This document shows, one piece after another, positions 33,718 to 42,210 of a stretch of 52,491 bases of DNA. The first letter of the stretch is position 1; each line of letters opens with the position of its first letter. Source of the stretch: a virus (taxonomy: Duplodnaviria; Caudoviricetes); IMG/VR virus record IMGVR_UViG_3300045107_000189, positions 1 through 52,491 of that record. The stretch is one strand, 5' to 3'. The notes under the pieces are model-generated. The model saw nothing but the letters and a program-made list of their open reading frames with translations, did not search any database and was not told the origin of the DNA. Both the position numbers and the translations under genes were made by a program.

Positions 33718-34472
33718 GACGCCTCCTTCGCGGCGACGGTCGACGCCGCGCCCTTCACGCGCTGCTCCTCGCGCCACAGCCGGTACGCGGTGCGGTACGA
33801 GGTCGGGGTCTCGATGCGGTTCGGGGCGCGGAATCCGGCCGCGACGTACTCAGCTTCGAGGTCGGCGAGTTCGGCGCGGCGCTGCTCGCGCAGCTTTGCC
33901 TTCGCCTCCGGGTCGTCCGGCCTCTTCCACGCGCTCTCGCGCGCGCTCTCCCGGATTTCTTCTGGATTTCTTAAGAAGGATTGGGGGGCACCATGCCCCC
34001 GGGTCTCTGGACACGATGCCCCCGGGGAGGAGGACTCCGTGCCCCCGGGGTGGGGGCACGATGCCCCCGGTGTGGACGACTCGCGCACAAGGTTGTCCAC
34101 AGCCTGCGCCGGGGGCACGGTGCCCCCACCCGGGGACACCATGCCCCCACCCCCGCGCCCTCCCCGCCTGCCCTTGTGCGGCGCCTCGTATCCGTGCTCC
34201 GACAGCCACCGCGGCGAGATTCGGTACGCGGTGCCGAGGTACGGTGGCGGCGCGATCCCGGTGACCTCGAGGAACCCGAGCTGCTCGAGCGCGCGCACCT
34301 GCCGCCGCGCCGTGCGCTCGTCGCGGCGGATCTTCTGCGCGATGGTCGTCATGGACGCGTAGATGCCCGCGCCGTCGTCGTTCGCGTAGTCGCTCATCGC
34401 GAGCGCCGGCAGCAGCAAGTGGTCCTCGCCGTCGAAGCGGTCCCACACGAACGACATCACGTAGATCGACAC
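33714..34472 (-). CDS. Replication initiator (O-like, wHTH)
   Basis: LAMSDYANDDG...SMTTIA......ERTARR....LEQLGFL; internal iterons. Confidence 0.85.
   Translation of the reverse strand: MSIYVMSFVWDRFDGEDHLLLPALAMSDYANDDGAGIYASMTTIAQKIRRDERTARRQVRALEQLGFLEVTGIAPPPYLGTAYRISPRWLSEHGYEAPHKGRRGGRGGGGMVSPGGGTVPPAQAVDNLVRESSTPGASCPHPGGTESSSPGASCPETRGHGAPQSFLRNPEEIRESARESAWKRPDDPEAKAKLREQRRAELADLEAEYVAAGFRAPNRIETPTSYRTAYRLWREEQRVKGAASTVAAKEAS
33951..34148. repeat. Replication origin: six 15-bp iterons, AT-rich patch, DnaA-like boxes
   Basis: GGRCWCSRTGCCCCC at 33986, 34009, 34032, 34054, 34113, 34134; TTGTCCACA at 34093. Confidence 0.85.
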
Positions 34473-34606
34473 GTCGACTCGTCCTCGAAGGATCGAGACC
34501 GTCCGTGGTGCCTCTGCCCCGCCCCGCATCCATGCAGGGTCGTTATGTGAATCGCGCCGTGTCGGTTGCCCGCCCGTCACGGCACGAGCGGTAGTGCCCA
34601 GCCGTT

Positions 34607-34813
34607 TCAGCCAGGCGATCGATGAACGCGGTCAGCCGGCGTCGCGTCGACGACGAGATCCATCGGATCGCTCGGCGCGGCCGCCTTCGCATCCACGACG
34701 ACCGTTCCGCAGTCGTCATCGAAAAGCAGCGCGCCTGGGACGTGCAGACGGAAGCCCGGCGGCACGCGGTGCAGGCCGGGTCTGATGCGGTAGAGGCGCG
34801 CCGCAGCCGTCAT
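34607..34813 (-). CDS. Hypothetical protein (68 aa)
   Basis: ATGA coupling in the early operon. Confidence 0.5.
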   Translation of the reverse strand: MTAAARLYRIRPGLHRVPPGFRLHVPGALLFDDDCGTVVVDAKAAAPSDPMDLVVDATPADRVHRSPG

Positions 34814-35031
34814 CGCGCCGCCTCGTCCACGAGCGACAGCAGCAGTTGCTCACGCAGCTGCGCGAACTCATCGCGCGCGGCGCGGCGCGCCAGCTCATCG
34901 CGCGCGGCGCGGCGCGCCAGCTCTTCGATCGCGTGCACGAGCCGCGGCGCGGCCGCGGGCCCGATCTCCACGCGGAGCGCATCGAGCAGCTTCGAACGCG
35001 CGTAGAAGATCGGCGGCAGGACGTCGCTCAC
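34810..35031 (-). CDS. Hypothetical protein (73 aa) with a 9-aa tandem duplication
   Basis: GTGA coupling; ELARRAARD twice. Confidence 0.55.
   Translation of the reverse strand: MSDVLPPIFYARSKLLDALRVEIGPAAAPRLVHAIEELARRAARDELARRAARDEFAQLREQLLLSLVDEAAR
34867..34920. repeat. Perfect 27-bp tandem duplication
   Basis: CTCATCGCGCGCGGCGCGGCGCGCCAG x2. Confidence 0.9.
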
Positions 35032-35486
35032 CGGTGCGTCTCCTGCACGAAGCGCTTGATGATCTCGTTCTCACGACGAGACTCCGCCAGCTCGGCGCGC
35101 AACGCCGCGACCTGCCGCTCGAGCGTCGAAAGCTTCGGGGTGAGTTCGAAACCTGCGCGGTCCGCGAGCCACATCAGCGGAACGTGGTTGCCGCACAGCT
35201 GCATCAGCGGCTCAAGCTTCTCGGGCGGGAACGATGCCTGCCCATTGCGCATCCGCGACCAGTTGCCCTTGTCGATCCCCAGCGGGCCGTAGATCTCGCT
35301 GTCGACGAGCCCCGAAAGGTTCGCGCAGAGATTGATCGCCGCGACCATGGACGGCTGCAGCCGTACCGAGTTCTCGTCGACGACGCCGGGCGCGGCGCGC
35401 CGTGCGATTCGCAACTCCAGCTGCTCAACGCCCGACAACGAAGTTGTCTCGTGTTGTAGGCCCGATTTCGCACCTGATGCGGCCAT
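35028..35486 (-). CDS. CII-like HTH regulator
   Basis: LGIDKGNWSRMRNG...CGNHVPLMWLA plus coiled coil; follows cro. Confidence 0.75.
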   Translation of the reverse strand: MAASGAKSGLQHETTSLSGVEQLELRIARRAAPGVVDENSVRLQPSMVAAINLCANLSGLVDSEIYGPLGIDKGNWSRMRNGQASFPPEKLEPLMQLCGNHVPLMWLADRAGFELTPKLSTLERQVAALRAELAESRRENEIIKRFVQETHR

Positions 35487-35508
35487 GGGTACTGCTCGGT
35501 TCGGTGGG

Positions 35509-35694
35509 TCAGGCGATGGCTTGGTCGCGGAAGTACCGCGCAAGCTTCTCGACCGTGTCGACGCGCGGCGCGGGCGTCTGCCCACTCGCTATGCGCTGCA
35601 CGGTGCTGAAGGGCACGCCAGATCCGCGGGCGACGGCGTACAGGCTCTGCGCCTTGGACTGCAGTTGCGCGCGGACAAACTCGAAGTCGCTCAT
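35509..35694 (-). CDS. Cro-like HTH protein
   Basis: VARGSGVPFSTVQRIASG.T..PR..TVEKL. Confidence 0.85.
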   Translation of the reverse strand: MSDFEFVRAQLQSKAQSLYAVARGSGVPFSTVQRIASGQTPAPRVDTVEKLARYFRDQAIA

Positions 35695-35708
35695 GCCCCC
35701 AATATTGC

Positions 35709-35743
35709 ACCCATGTATGGGTACACGCAACCCACCTTTGGTG
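35709..35743. promoter_or_regulatory. oR-like operator pair
   Basis: ACCCA-TGTA-TGGGT (35709) and degenerate ACCCA-CCTT-TGGTG (35730) between the divergent regulators. Confidence 0.8.
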
Positions 35744-35769
35744 ACAGCGGCGCCCTACGCTCTTCAGCC

Positions 35770-36156
35770 ATGGGGCGAGGCAAAGGCACGGGCAAGGGCG
35801 GCAACAAGCCCAAGGGCACGACGAAGCTCGTCCAGCCCCACGCTCGCGAGCTGCGTATGACGCTCGCGCAGAACCTGCGGGCCGCGATCGACGCGGAATG
35901 GCCGCCCAAGCCCAGCCAGCCCGAGAACTCGGACGGTATCGCCCGCCTTGCGGCCGGCGCCGGGTGCTCCGTGTCGACCGTCCAACGCATACTCGCGGGC
36001 GAGGTATCGCCGCGGGTCGACCAGATTGCAGATTTTGCGGCTGCCTTGGGTGTGCGCCCGATGCAGCTGCTGGACCGTCGATTCAACGCACAGGGTCGTG
36101 AGAGCCGAGATTCGGAAGTCGACCCGGGGAGAATGCTTCAGCGACCGCGAGGTTGA
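35770..36156 (+). CDS. CI-like XRE repressor without an S24 peptidase domain
   Basis: LAAGAGCSVSTVQRILAGEVSPRVDQIADFAAALGV; divergent from cro; start uncertain. Confidence 0.82.
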   Translation: MGRGKGTGKGGNKPKGTTKLVQPHARELRMTLAQNLRAAIDAEWPPKPSQPENSDGIARLAAGAGCSVSTVQRILAGEVSPRVDQIADFAAALGVRPMQLLDRRFNAQGRESRDSEVDPGRMLQRPRG

Positions 36157-36228
36157 TCGGTTGCTCTCCCGGTCCACACGCGGGCATAAGTACTCAGGTT
36201 CGCCCCTAACGAACGAGAGGCCGATCGC

Positions 36229-36798
36229 ATGAGACCTGCCGTGCTGACATGCGTAGCGCTCGCCATAGCGCCGGTGTCCCCCGCGCGTGCGGCAGAAGAA
36301 CTCGGGCCGCTGCAAAGCGCGGTGTTCGAGCGTCCTGGCACGCCCCGCGAGATCGCCACCGCAGCGCGCGCGTGCGCCATCAAGCACCTGCGGAATGACG
36401 CTTTCCAGATTCGCGACTCGTCGCGCGTTGGGTTCATGAGCCCGCCAGGCTCGACCGCGGGCGACGCAAACACGATCCCAGGCGGAGAAGTCGTGACAAC
36501 GTTCGACCCTGACGCCGGGCTGGTCGTCGCGCAGAGCCGCATCACTCGCTCCGCGCTCTTCGGCAAGGAGAGCGTGCAAAGCACGGTGACGATCGAGGCT
36601 AAGGACGGGCGCTTCCGCATCACGCACTCGAGCATCGGCAGCGCGGCAGCGGACACGGGCTACGCAGCGAACAGCGGATACCACCCGGTGTACATCCAGG
36701 CCATGAGCGGGCACGCGAAGATCCGCGCGGCGCTCGAAGCGCTGACCGAGAAAATCGCGGCGTGCGTGCGGGACGCGCCGGCCTCGGACGACTGGTGA
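36229..36798 (+). CDS. Exported protein, possible superinfection exclusion factor
   Basis: Signal peptide ending ARA-AE; immediately after the repressor. Confidence 0.75.
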   Translation: MRPAVLTCVALAIAPVSPARAAEELGPLQSAVFERPGTPREIATAARACAIKHLRNDAFQIRDSSRVGFMSPPGSTAGDANTIPGGEVVTTFDPDAGLVVAQSRITRSALFGKESVQSTVTIEAKDGRFRITHSSIGSAAADTGYAANSGYHPVYIQAMSGHAKIRAALEALTEKIAACVRDAPASDDW

Positions 36799-36810
36799 TA
36801 CCGAGCTGAT

Positions 36811-36852
36811 ACCCAATGATGGGTTGACCTGACCCAAACGTGGGTATAGGCT
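36811..36852 (+). promoter_or_regulatory. pL/oL-like promoter with two operators
   Basis: ACCCA-N4-TGGGT at 36811 and 36832 overlapping TTGACC-N17-TAGGCT. Confidence 0.85.
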
Positions 36853-36879
36853 GCCTCCTACCTGCCGTAGGAGGACGCG

Positions 36880-37128
36880 ATGTCCCGCACGTCGAATGCC
36901 GCAACCGCGCACGCCGTTCCGGCGCCGGTTCCTCCGCACCTGCGACGCCCGGCCGCACGCGACGCGCAGCACGCCGTCGAGCTTGCGGCCTGGTCCCGCC
37001 TCGAAGGTCTCGTCCGCCAGGGGCGCGAGGCCTGCGAGCGCGGCGAGCGCGGCGATCGCATCCGCGAACTGCGCCTGATCCGGTCCATCCGCGACGAGGC
37101 CCTGGCGCTGGCCGGGTATCCGCTGTGA
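36880..37128 (+). CDS. Hypothetical protein (82 aa), first pL gene
   Basis: AGGAGG RBS. Confidence 0.7.
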   Translation: MSRTSNAATAHAVPAPVPPHLRRPAARDAQHAVELAAWSRLEGLVRQGREACERGERGDRIRELRLIRSIRDEALALAGYPL

Positions 37129-37388
37129 GCGCCCTCGCCTGGTTGGAGCGGATCTACACGTCCGACGATCCGACGGGGATCTTCCTGCTCGCGTTCGCGA
37201 TCGCGGTCCCGATGTGGCTCGCGGCGCTGTGGCTGCGCTGGATCGCGCGGATAGCCCTCGGACTGTTCCGCGCGGCCCTGCAGGGTCGCCGCGAGCGGCT
37301 GGAGCGCGAGCGCGCCCGCCGAGCGCGGCCCGGTCCGAACTGGCTGGCCGCGGATCTCCGGCGCCGCCGCGCGGGTACGCAGCCGTGA
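37125..37388 (+). CDS. Small membrane protein
   Basis: GTGA coupling, one long TM. Confidence 0.6.
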   Translation: MSALAWLERIYTSDDPTGIFLLAFAIAVPMWLAALWLRWIARIALGLFRAALQGRRERLERERARRARPGPNWLAADLRRRRAGTQP

Positions 37389-37675
37389 TCCTCGACGACT
37401 ACGACATGGTCACGGTCGTCAGCGAGCAGCAGGAGCGGAACGCCTACGCGGCGGCCGCGTGGCGCCTGCAGTACCAGCGACGCTCGCAGTGCCCCGACCC
37501 GCGGAACGACTTCCTGCGCCTGCTCGGGAAGCTGAACGACGCTTGCATGGAAAAGGCCAGAGCCTACGTGCGGTTGTCGGAGCGCACGCGCCTCGCGATC
37601 CAGCGTGCCCTGCAGGTCGAAGTCGACCGCCGCATTCGCACCGTCGTCCCTTTCCGCTCGCAGGAACGTCCGTGA
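37385..37675 (+). CDS. Hypothetical protein (96 aa)
   Basis: GTGA coupling at both ends. Confidence 0.6.
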   Translation: MILDDYDMVTVVSEQQERNAYAAAAWRLQYQRRSQCPDPRNDFLRLLGKLNDACMEKARAYVRLSERTRLAIQRALQVEVDRRIRTVVPFRSQERP

Positions 37676-38226
37676 AGCCAACGATCTGCACGGCGAGCGG
37701 CGTCGAGTTCGACCTCATGGCGCCAACTCCGGACATGGTGCGCATCGAGGACATCGCGCACGCGCTGTCGAACATGCCGCGCTTCGCGGGGCATACCCGC
37801 GAGTTCTACTCGGTCGCGCAGCACACGGTCCTTGTCGCGGATCTCGTCGCACACGCGGGCGCGACTCTGGGCACCCCCCGGTGGCATCAGCGCGTCGCAA
37901 TGCTGCACGACGCTGCAGAGGCCTACGTCCTGGATGTGCCCACTCCGCTGAAGGCTCAGCTTCGCGCCTACGTGGAGATCGAGCAGCGCGTGCGCGCCGC
38001 GATCTTCGATCGCTTCGAGGTCTACTGGCCCCATCACGACCTTCCGTCCGCCGTGAAGTCCGCGGACAAGCTCGCGCTCCTCATCGAGCAGCGCGACCTC
38101 ATGCCCACGGTCGACTGGTGGCGGAAGGCGCCGCAGCCGGAGCACCCGCCCATCACGCCGCTGGCACCAACTGCTGCGCGCGAGGCCTTCCTCGCCCGCT
38201 GGCGCCAGCTCAACCCGGAGTCCTGA
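37672..38226 (+). CDS. HD-superfamily phosphohydrolase (YfdR/YfbR-like)
   Basis: IEDIAHALS...RFAGH...YSVAQH...LHDAAEAY..D.PTPLK. Confidence 0.92.
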   Translation: MKPTICTASGVEFDLMAPTPDMVRIEDIAHALSNMPRFAGHTREFYSVAQHTVLVADLVAHAGATLGTPRWHQRVAMLHDAAEAYVLDVPTPLKAQLRAYVEIEQRVRAAIFDRFEVYWPHHDLPSAVKSADKLALLIEQRDLMPTVDWWRKAPQPEHPPITPLAPTAAREAFLARWRQLNPES

Positions 38227-38229
38227 TAC

Positions 38230-38814
38230 ATGTCCGCAGCTCCCGAAGTACTCGCCGGCGTGCAGAGCATCCCGCTCGCGTCGCTGCGTGTGTCCGACAC
38301 CGGCGCCCAGGCCGAGCGCCGCAAGCGCTTCGACAAGGCCGCGATCGCCGAGCTCGCCGAGAGCATCCGAACCGTCGGCCTGCTGCAGCCGCTCGTCGTG
38401 CGCCCCCGCGACGACGGGTTCCAGATCATCGCGGGTGAGCGGCGCTTCCTTGCCGCGCAGGCCGCCGGTCTGGACACGGTGCTGGCCGCCGTGCGCGAGC
38501 TCACCGACGACCAGGTGCTCGAGGTGCAGCTGATCGAGAACCTGCAGCGCGAAGGCCTGCACGAGCTCGTCGAGGCCGAAGGGTACGAGGCGCTGATGAA
38601 GCGCCACGGCTACACGGTCGACGACCTGGTCGCGAAGGTCGGGAAGTCGCGTGCGTACGTCTACGCGCGGCTGAAGCTGCTCGCGCTCTGCAAGGAGGGC
38701 CGGAAGGCGTTCTACGACGGGAAGATCTCCGCGTCGATCGCGCTGCTCGTCGCGCGCATCCCGGGCGACTCGCTGCAGCAGGAGGCGCTGAAGGAGATCA
38801 CGCAGGGCCGCTAG
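38230..38814 (+). CDS. ParB-family protein, N-terminal part
   Basis: GLLQPLVVR, IAGERR, ENLQRE.L...EA, HTH; ends at TAG. Confidence 0.88.
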   Translation: MSAAPEVLAGVQSIPLASLRVSDTGAQAERRKRFDKAAIAELAESIRTVGLLQPLVVRPRDDGFQIIAGERRFLAAQAAGLDTVLAAVRELTDDQVLEVQLIENLQREGLHELVEAEGYEALMKRHGYTVDDLVAKVGKSRAYVYARLKLLALCKEGRKAFYDGKISASIALLVARIPGDSLQQEALKEITQGR

Positions 38815-38823
38815 GACGGCCCG

Positions 38824-39846
38824 ATGTCGTATCGCGAAGCGAACGAGTACGTGCACAGCCACTTCATGCTGCGCCTCGGCGAGGCGGGCTTCCCGACCAG
38901 CGACGAGACGCTGCTGCCCGCCGCCGGCGCCTGCGGCACCTGCCCGAAGCGGACGGGAAACCAGCCCGAGCTGTTCTCCGACGTGAAGGGTGCAGACGTC
39001 TGCACGGACCCGGCGTGCTTCCGCGCGAAGCGCGAGGCCTGGGCCACGCGCCGCATCGAGCAGGCGCGCGCAGCGGGCCAGCCAGTGATCGAAGGCGCGG
39101 CCGCCAAGCGCATCGCGCCCTACGGTGGCCGCTCGACGCTGCAGGGATACTCGAAGCTCGACGACCGCGTCTACGACGATCCGAAGCGCCGCACCGTGCG
39201 GCAGATCCTCGGCAACAGCGCGGAGACCGTGCTCGTGAAGGTCGACGGCGGGAAGCACGATGCGACCGAGGTGGTCGAGGTCGTGCCCGAGCAGGCGATC
39301 CGCGCTGCGCTGAAGGAGAGCGGCGTCAAGCTGGATCGCTCCTCCTCCAACCCGGAGCAGGCAGCGCGCGAGAAGAAGGCGAAGCGTGAGCGCGCGGCGC
39401 GGGAGGCGATCGCGAACGCCGTGCTCGCGAAGGCGCAGGCGTCACTCGGACAGCACCTCGGTCCGCAGGAGCTCCGCGACGTCGCGCGCGGCTACTGGTC
39501 CGAGATGCAGGCGGATACGAAGAAGGCGCTCTGCAAGTTCCTGGGCTGGGAGCTCGTCGTGGTGAAGGACCGGTACCGGGGCGCGCACGGCGACCTCGAG
39601 GCGACGGCCGAGGCGCAGCTGCCGAAGATGGACGTTCCCGCGCTCAATCGCTTGCTGCTGGCCTGCGTGATCGCCGGCGAGCTGCAGGTCTCGACCTGGT
39701 CGGACGCGAAGCCCGAGGGCCTGCTGCGGATGGCAGCGCGCTACCGCGTCGACGCCGCGAAGATCCGGCGCGACCTTGCCGCCGCGGACAAGGCTGCAGC
39801 GAAGAAGCCCGCCGCGAAGAAGGCGGCGAAGGCGAAGCGGCGCTGA
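38824..39846 (+). CDS. ParB-family protein, C-terminal part (in frame with the upstream ORF)
   Basis: GAC.TCPKRTG...CTDP.CF..K motif; same frame as 38230. Confidence 0.8.
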   Translation: MSYREANEYVHSHFMLRLGEAGFPTSDETLLPAAGACGTCPKRTGNQPELFSDVKGADVCTDPACFRAKREAWATRRIEQARAAGQPVIEGAAAKRIAPYGGRSTLQGYSKLDDRVYDDPKRRTVRQILGNSAETVLVKVDGGKHDATEVVEVVPEQAIRAALKESGVKLDRSSSNPEQAAREKKAKRERAAREAIANAVLAKAQASLGQHLGPQELRDVARGYWSEMQADTKKALCKFLGWELVVVKDRYRGAHGDLEATAEAQLPKMDVPALNRLLLACVIAGELQVSTWSDAKPEGLLRMAARYRVDAAKIRRDLAAADKAAAKKPAAKKAAKAKRR

Positions 39847-40526
39847 TGGCGAAGCCACGCAAGAGACAGCGCTACCGCCGGTGGAGCGCTAATGATCTCG
39901 CGGAGCTCGTACGGCGCTACCCGCACGAGCGCACCGCCGCGATCGCGCGAGATCTCGACCGCGACGAGCGCGCGGTGTACGCGAAGGCTGCAGTACTCGG
40001 GCTGTCGAAGCATCCCGCGTTCCGCGCCGAGCTGCGCGCCGCGCACAACGAGTCGCTGATGAACGCTGGCGCGCCATATCGGTTCCGGCCCGGGAACGTG
40101 CCGCACCAGGCCGGCAAGAAGGGATGGGACGCCGGCGGGCGGAGTCACGAGACGCGATTCAAGAAGGGCCAGCGCCCGCACACCTGGCGCCCCATCGGCA
40201 CCGAGCGCATCTGCTTCGACGGCTACCTGCAGCGCAAGGTCTCCGACACCGGCTACCCGCCGCGGGACTGGAAGGGCGTGCACGTCCTGAACTGGGAAGC
40301 GGTCCACGGGCCCGTTCCAGACGGGCACGCCCTCACCTTTCGCGACGGCAACCGCCAGAACTGCGCGATCGAGAACCTCGAGCTGGTGTCGCGCGTCGAG
40401 CTCATGCGCCGCAACAGCTACCACACGCGCTACCCGAAGGAGATCGGCCAGGCGATCCAGCTCCGCGGCGCGCTCGTCCGAAAGATCAACCGTCTGGAGA
40501 GGCAGCGTGAAGACCGGAATCAGTGA
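39846..40526 (+). CDS. HNH endonuclease
   Basis: TRFKKGQRP...PIG.ER...DGY; H...WE..HGPVP.G....FRDGN..N....NL. Confidence 0.88.
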   Translation: MAKPRKRQRYRRWSANDLAELVRRYPHERTAAIARDLDRDERAVYAKAAVLGLSKHPAFRAELRAAHNESLMNAGAPYRFRPGNVPHQAGKKGWDAGGRSHETRFKKGQRPHTWRPIGTERICFDGYLQRKVSDTGYPPRDWKGVHVLNWEAVHGPVPDGHALTFRDGNRQNCAIENLELVSRVELMRRNSYHTRYPKEIGQAIQLRGALVRKINRLERQREDRNQ

Positions 40527-40761
40527 TCTGCGGGAACACCTGTTCGCGACGCTCGAGTCGCTGCGCGACGAGGAAAAGCCGATGGACATCGCACGCGCCA
40601 AGGCGATCGCCGATGTCGCGCAGACCATCATCAACTCCGCGAAGGTCGAGGTGGACTACATCAACGCGACCGGCGGCACGGGCTCGGGGTTCATCCCGCA
40701 CGAGAAGCCGTCAGCCGCGCCCGGTCAGACCGCTGCACCTCGCCTGGTGAAGTCGTCGTGA
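40507..40761 (+). CDS. Small conserved-looking partner of the HNH gene
   Basis: DLREHLFATLE.L.D...RAKAIA.VA..II.SAKVE. Confidence 0.75.
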   Translation: MKTGISDLREHLFATLESLRDEEKPMDIARAKAIADVAQTIINSAKVEVDYINATGGTGSGFIPHEKPSAAPGQTAAPRLVKSS

Positions 40762-40946
40762 GCCACCGCTACCGCCGACACGAGCTCGGCTCGCTCCAGT
40801 GGAGCGAGTGCCCGGACTGCTCCGAGACCGTCGTCGTGGCGCAGACGCCGGACGGCCTGCAGCAGCTCGACACCATTCCTGACGGCGGCGCGCCGGGTGA
40901 GCCCGCGTACGAGCCGCATGACTGCCCGACCAGCAAGGAGACCTGA
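40758..40946 (+). CDS. Small zinc-ribbon protein
   Basis: CPDC...HDC; GTGA coupling. Confidence 0.6.
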   Translation: MSHRYRRHELGSLQWSECPDCSETVVVAQTPDGLQQLDTIPDGGAPGEPAYEPHDCPTSKET

Positions 40947-40949
40947 CCG

Positions 40950-41294
40950 ATGGCCCGTCCGTTCCTCGAAACACTCCGCGAGCTTCGCGCCGGCCAGACG
41001 CTCGACGAGCTCGCCGACGAGCTGCAGTGCCTCGTCGCAGCCGTTCGCGCGACCGGCAAGCCCGGCGAACTCACGCTGAAGCTGAAGGTGAAGCCGCCGA
41101 AGAAGAGCACCTCCGAGTACCTGACGATCGAGGACTCGGTCACCACCAAGACGCCGCGCCTCGAACGCGAGGACACGCTGTTCTTCACGACCGCCGACAA
41201 CAACCTGACGCGCCGCAACCCGCGCCAGCCCGACCTTCCCCTGCAGGGCTACGTCGACACCGAGACCGGCGAAGTGATTGCCGCCGGCACCTGA
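40950..41294 (+). CDS. YfdP-like phage protein
   Basis: TGK.G.LTL.L.VKP...FF.T..NNL.R..P.Q; precedes DUF2303. Confidence 0.75.
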   Translation: MARPFLETLRELRAGQTLDELADELQCLVAAVRATGKPGELTLKLKVKPPKKSTSEYLTIEDSVTTKTPRLEREDTLFFTTADNNLTRRNPRQPDLPLQGYVDTETGEVIAAGT

Positions 41295-41331
41295 CCCCTC
41301 CCCCACTTCCCCCCCCGGAGACCTACAGACC

Positions 41332-42210
41332 ATGGATGCAGAAGCCGTCCGAGAGCTCGTCGATTCCATCGCGAGGCCCGAGTTGCACGAGCTCGGCACC
41401 GAGCACGCGATCATCACGCTGCCCCCCGAGTTCAAGATCGAGGACGCCAAGCGCTTCCTGCCGCCCCCGAGCCGGCCGCAGCAGAAGGTGCAGCTGACGA
41501 CCGTCGAGTCGTTCGTCGCCTACGTCAACCGCTACCGCACCGGCTCCACCGCGGTGTTCGCGGACGAAACCGTGGGGAAGTTCGAAGCGGTGCTCGACTA
41601 CCACAACGCCGTCACGCTCATCGAGCCGACGAAGCCCGCGGCCGGCGGCGACGAGATCGCCGCGCGCATCGTGGCGTACTCGACGAGCGACGTGCGTCGC
41701 GGCCACCAGGATCACGTCGCGTTCTACGACGCGCCCCACTCCGTCGAGTGGAAGGCCTGGGCGGGACGCGACGGCCAGTGGATGAACCAGCAGGACTTCG
41801 CGCTGTTCGTGGAGTCGCGCCTGCTCGAGGTCATCTCGCCGGCGCCCGCGGACCTGATGCAGCTCGCGCTCGAGCTGCAGATCCACAAGGCCGCGGAGTT
41901 CCGCAGCGAGCAGGTGCTGCAGAGCGGCCAGACGCGCTTCCGCTACGAGGAGACGATCAGCGGCTCCTCGCGCGGCGGCGAGCTCGCGATCCCGAAGGCC
42001 TTCACGATCGCGATCCCCGTGTTCCTTGGCGAGAAGCCCGAGACGATCGAGCTTCTGTTCCGCTTCCGCCTGCAGGACGCGAAGCTGTCCCTCTCGTTCC
42101 AGGTGCAGCGGAAGGAGCAGATCGTCGCGGCGGCCGCGCAGCGCGTCTCCGAGGCGATCCGCGCCGGCCTCGACAAGGACGTGCAGTTCTACCGCGGGCG
42201 GAGGGCCTGA
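41332..42210 (+). CDS. DUF2303 (YfdQ-like) protein
   Basis: SFVAYVN, AVLDYH, S.EWKAW...M.Q.DFA.F.E, IP..F.I.IPVF.G. Confidence 0.88.
   Translation: MDAEAVRELVDSIARPELHELGTEHAIITLPPEFKIEDAKRFLPPPSRPQQKVQLTTVESFVAYVNRYRTGSTAVFADETVGKFEAVLDYHNAVTLIEPTKPAAGGDEIAARIVAYSTSDVRRGHQDHVAFYDAPHSVEWKAWAGRDGQWMNQQDFALFVESRLLEVISPAPADLMQLALELQIHKAAEFRSEQVLQSGQTRFRYEETISGSSRGGELAIPKAFTIAIPVFLGEKPETIELLFRFRLQDAKLSLSFQVQRKEQIVAAAAQRVSEAIRAGLDKDVQFYRGRRA

Noticed and set aside
33986-34148. CRISPR-like array
   Set aside because: Repeats are 15 bp with 6-8 bp gaps inside an initiator gene, which fits iterons; no cas genes
38812-38814. Genome-wide TAG reassignment
   Set aside because: TAG serves as a normal stop in several genes (e.g. 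ending at 503, 528, 22326, 25588, 26764, 30958), and no suppressor tRNA is present
41295-41316. C-rich tract as a phase-variation site
   Set aside because: Intergenic C8 at most, with no frame or evident promoter spacer to alter
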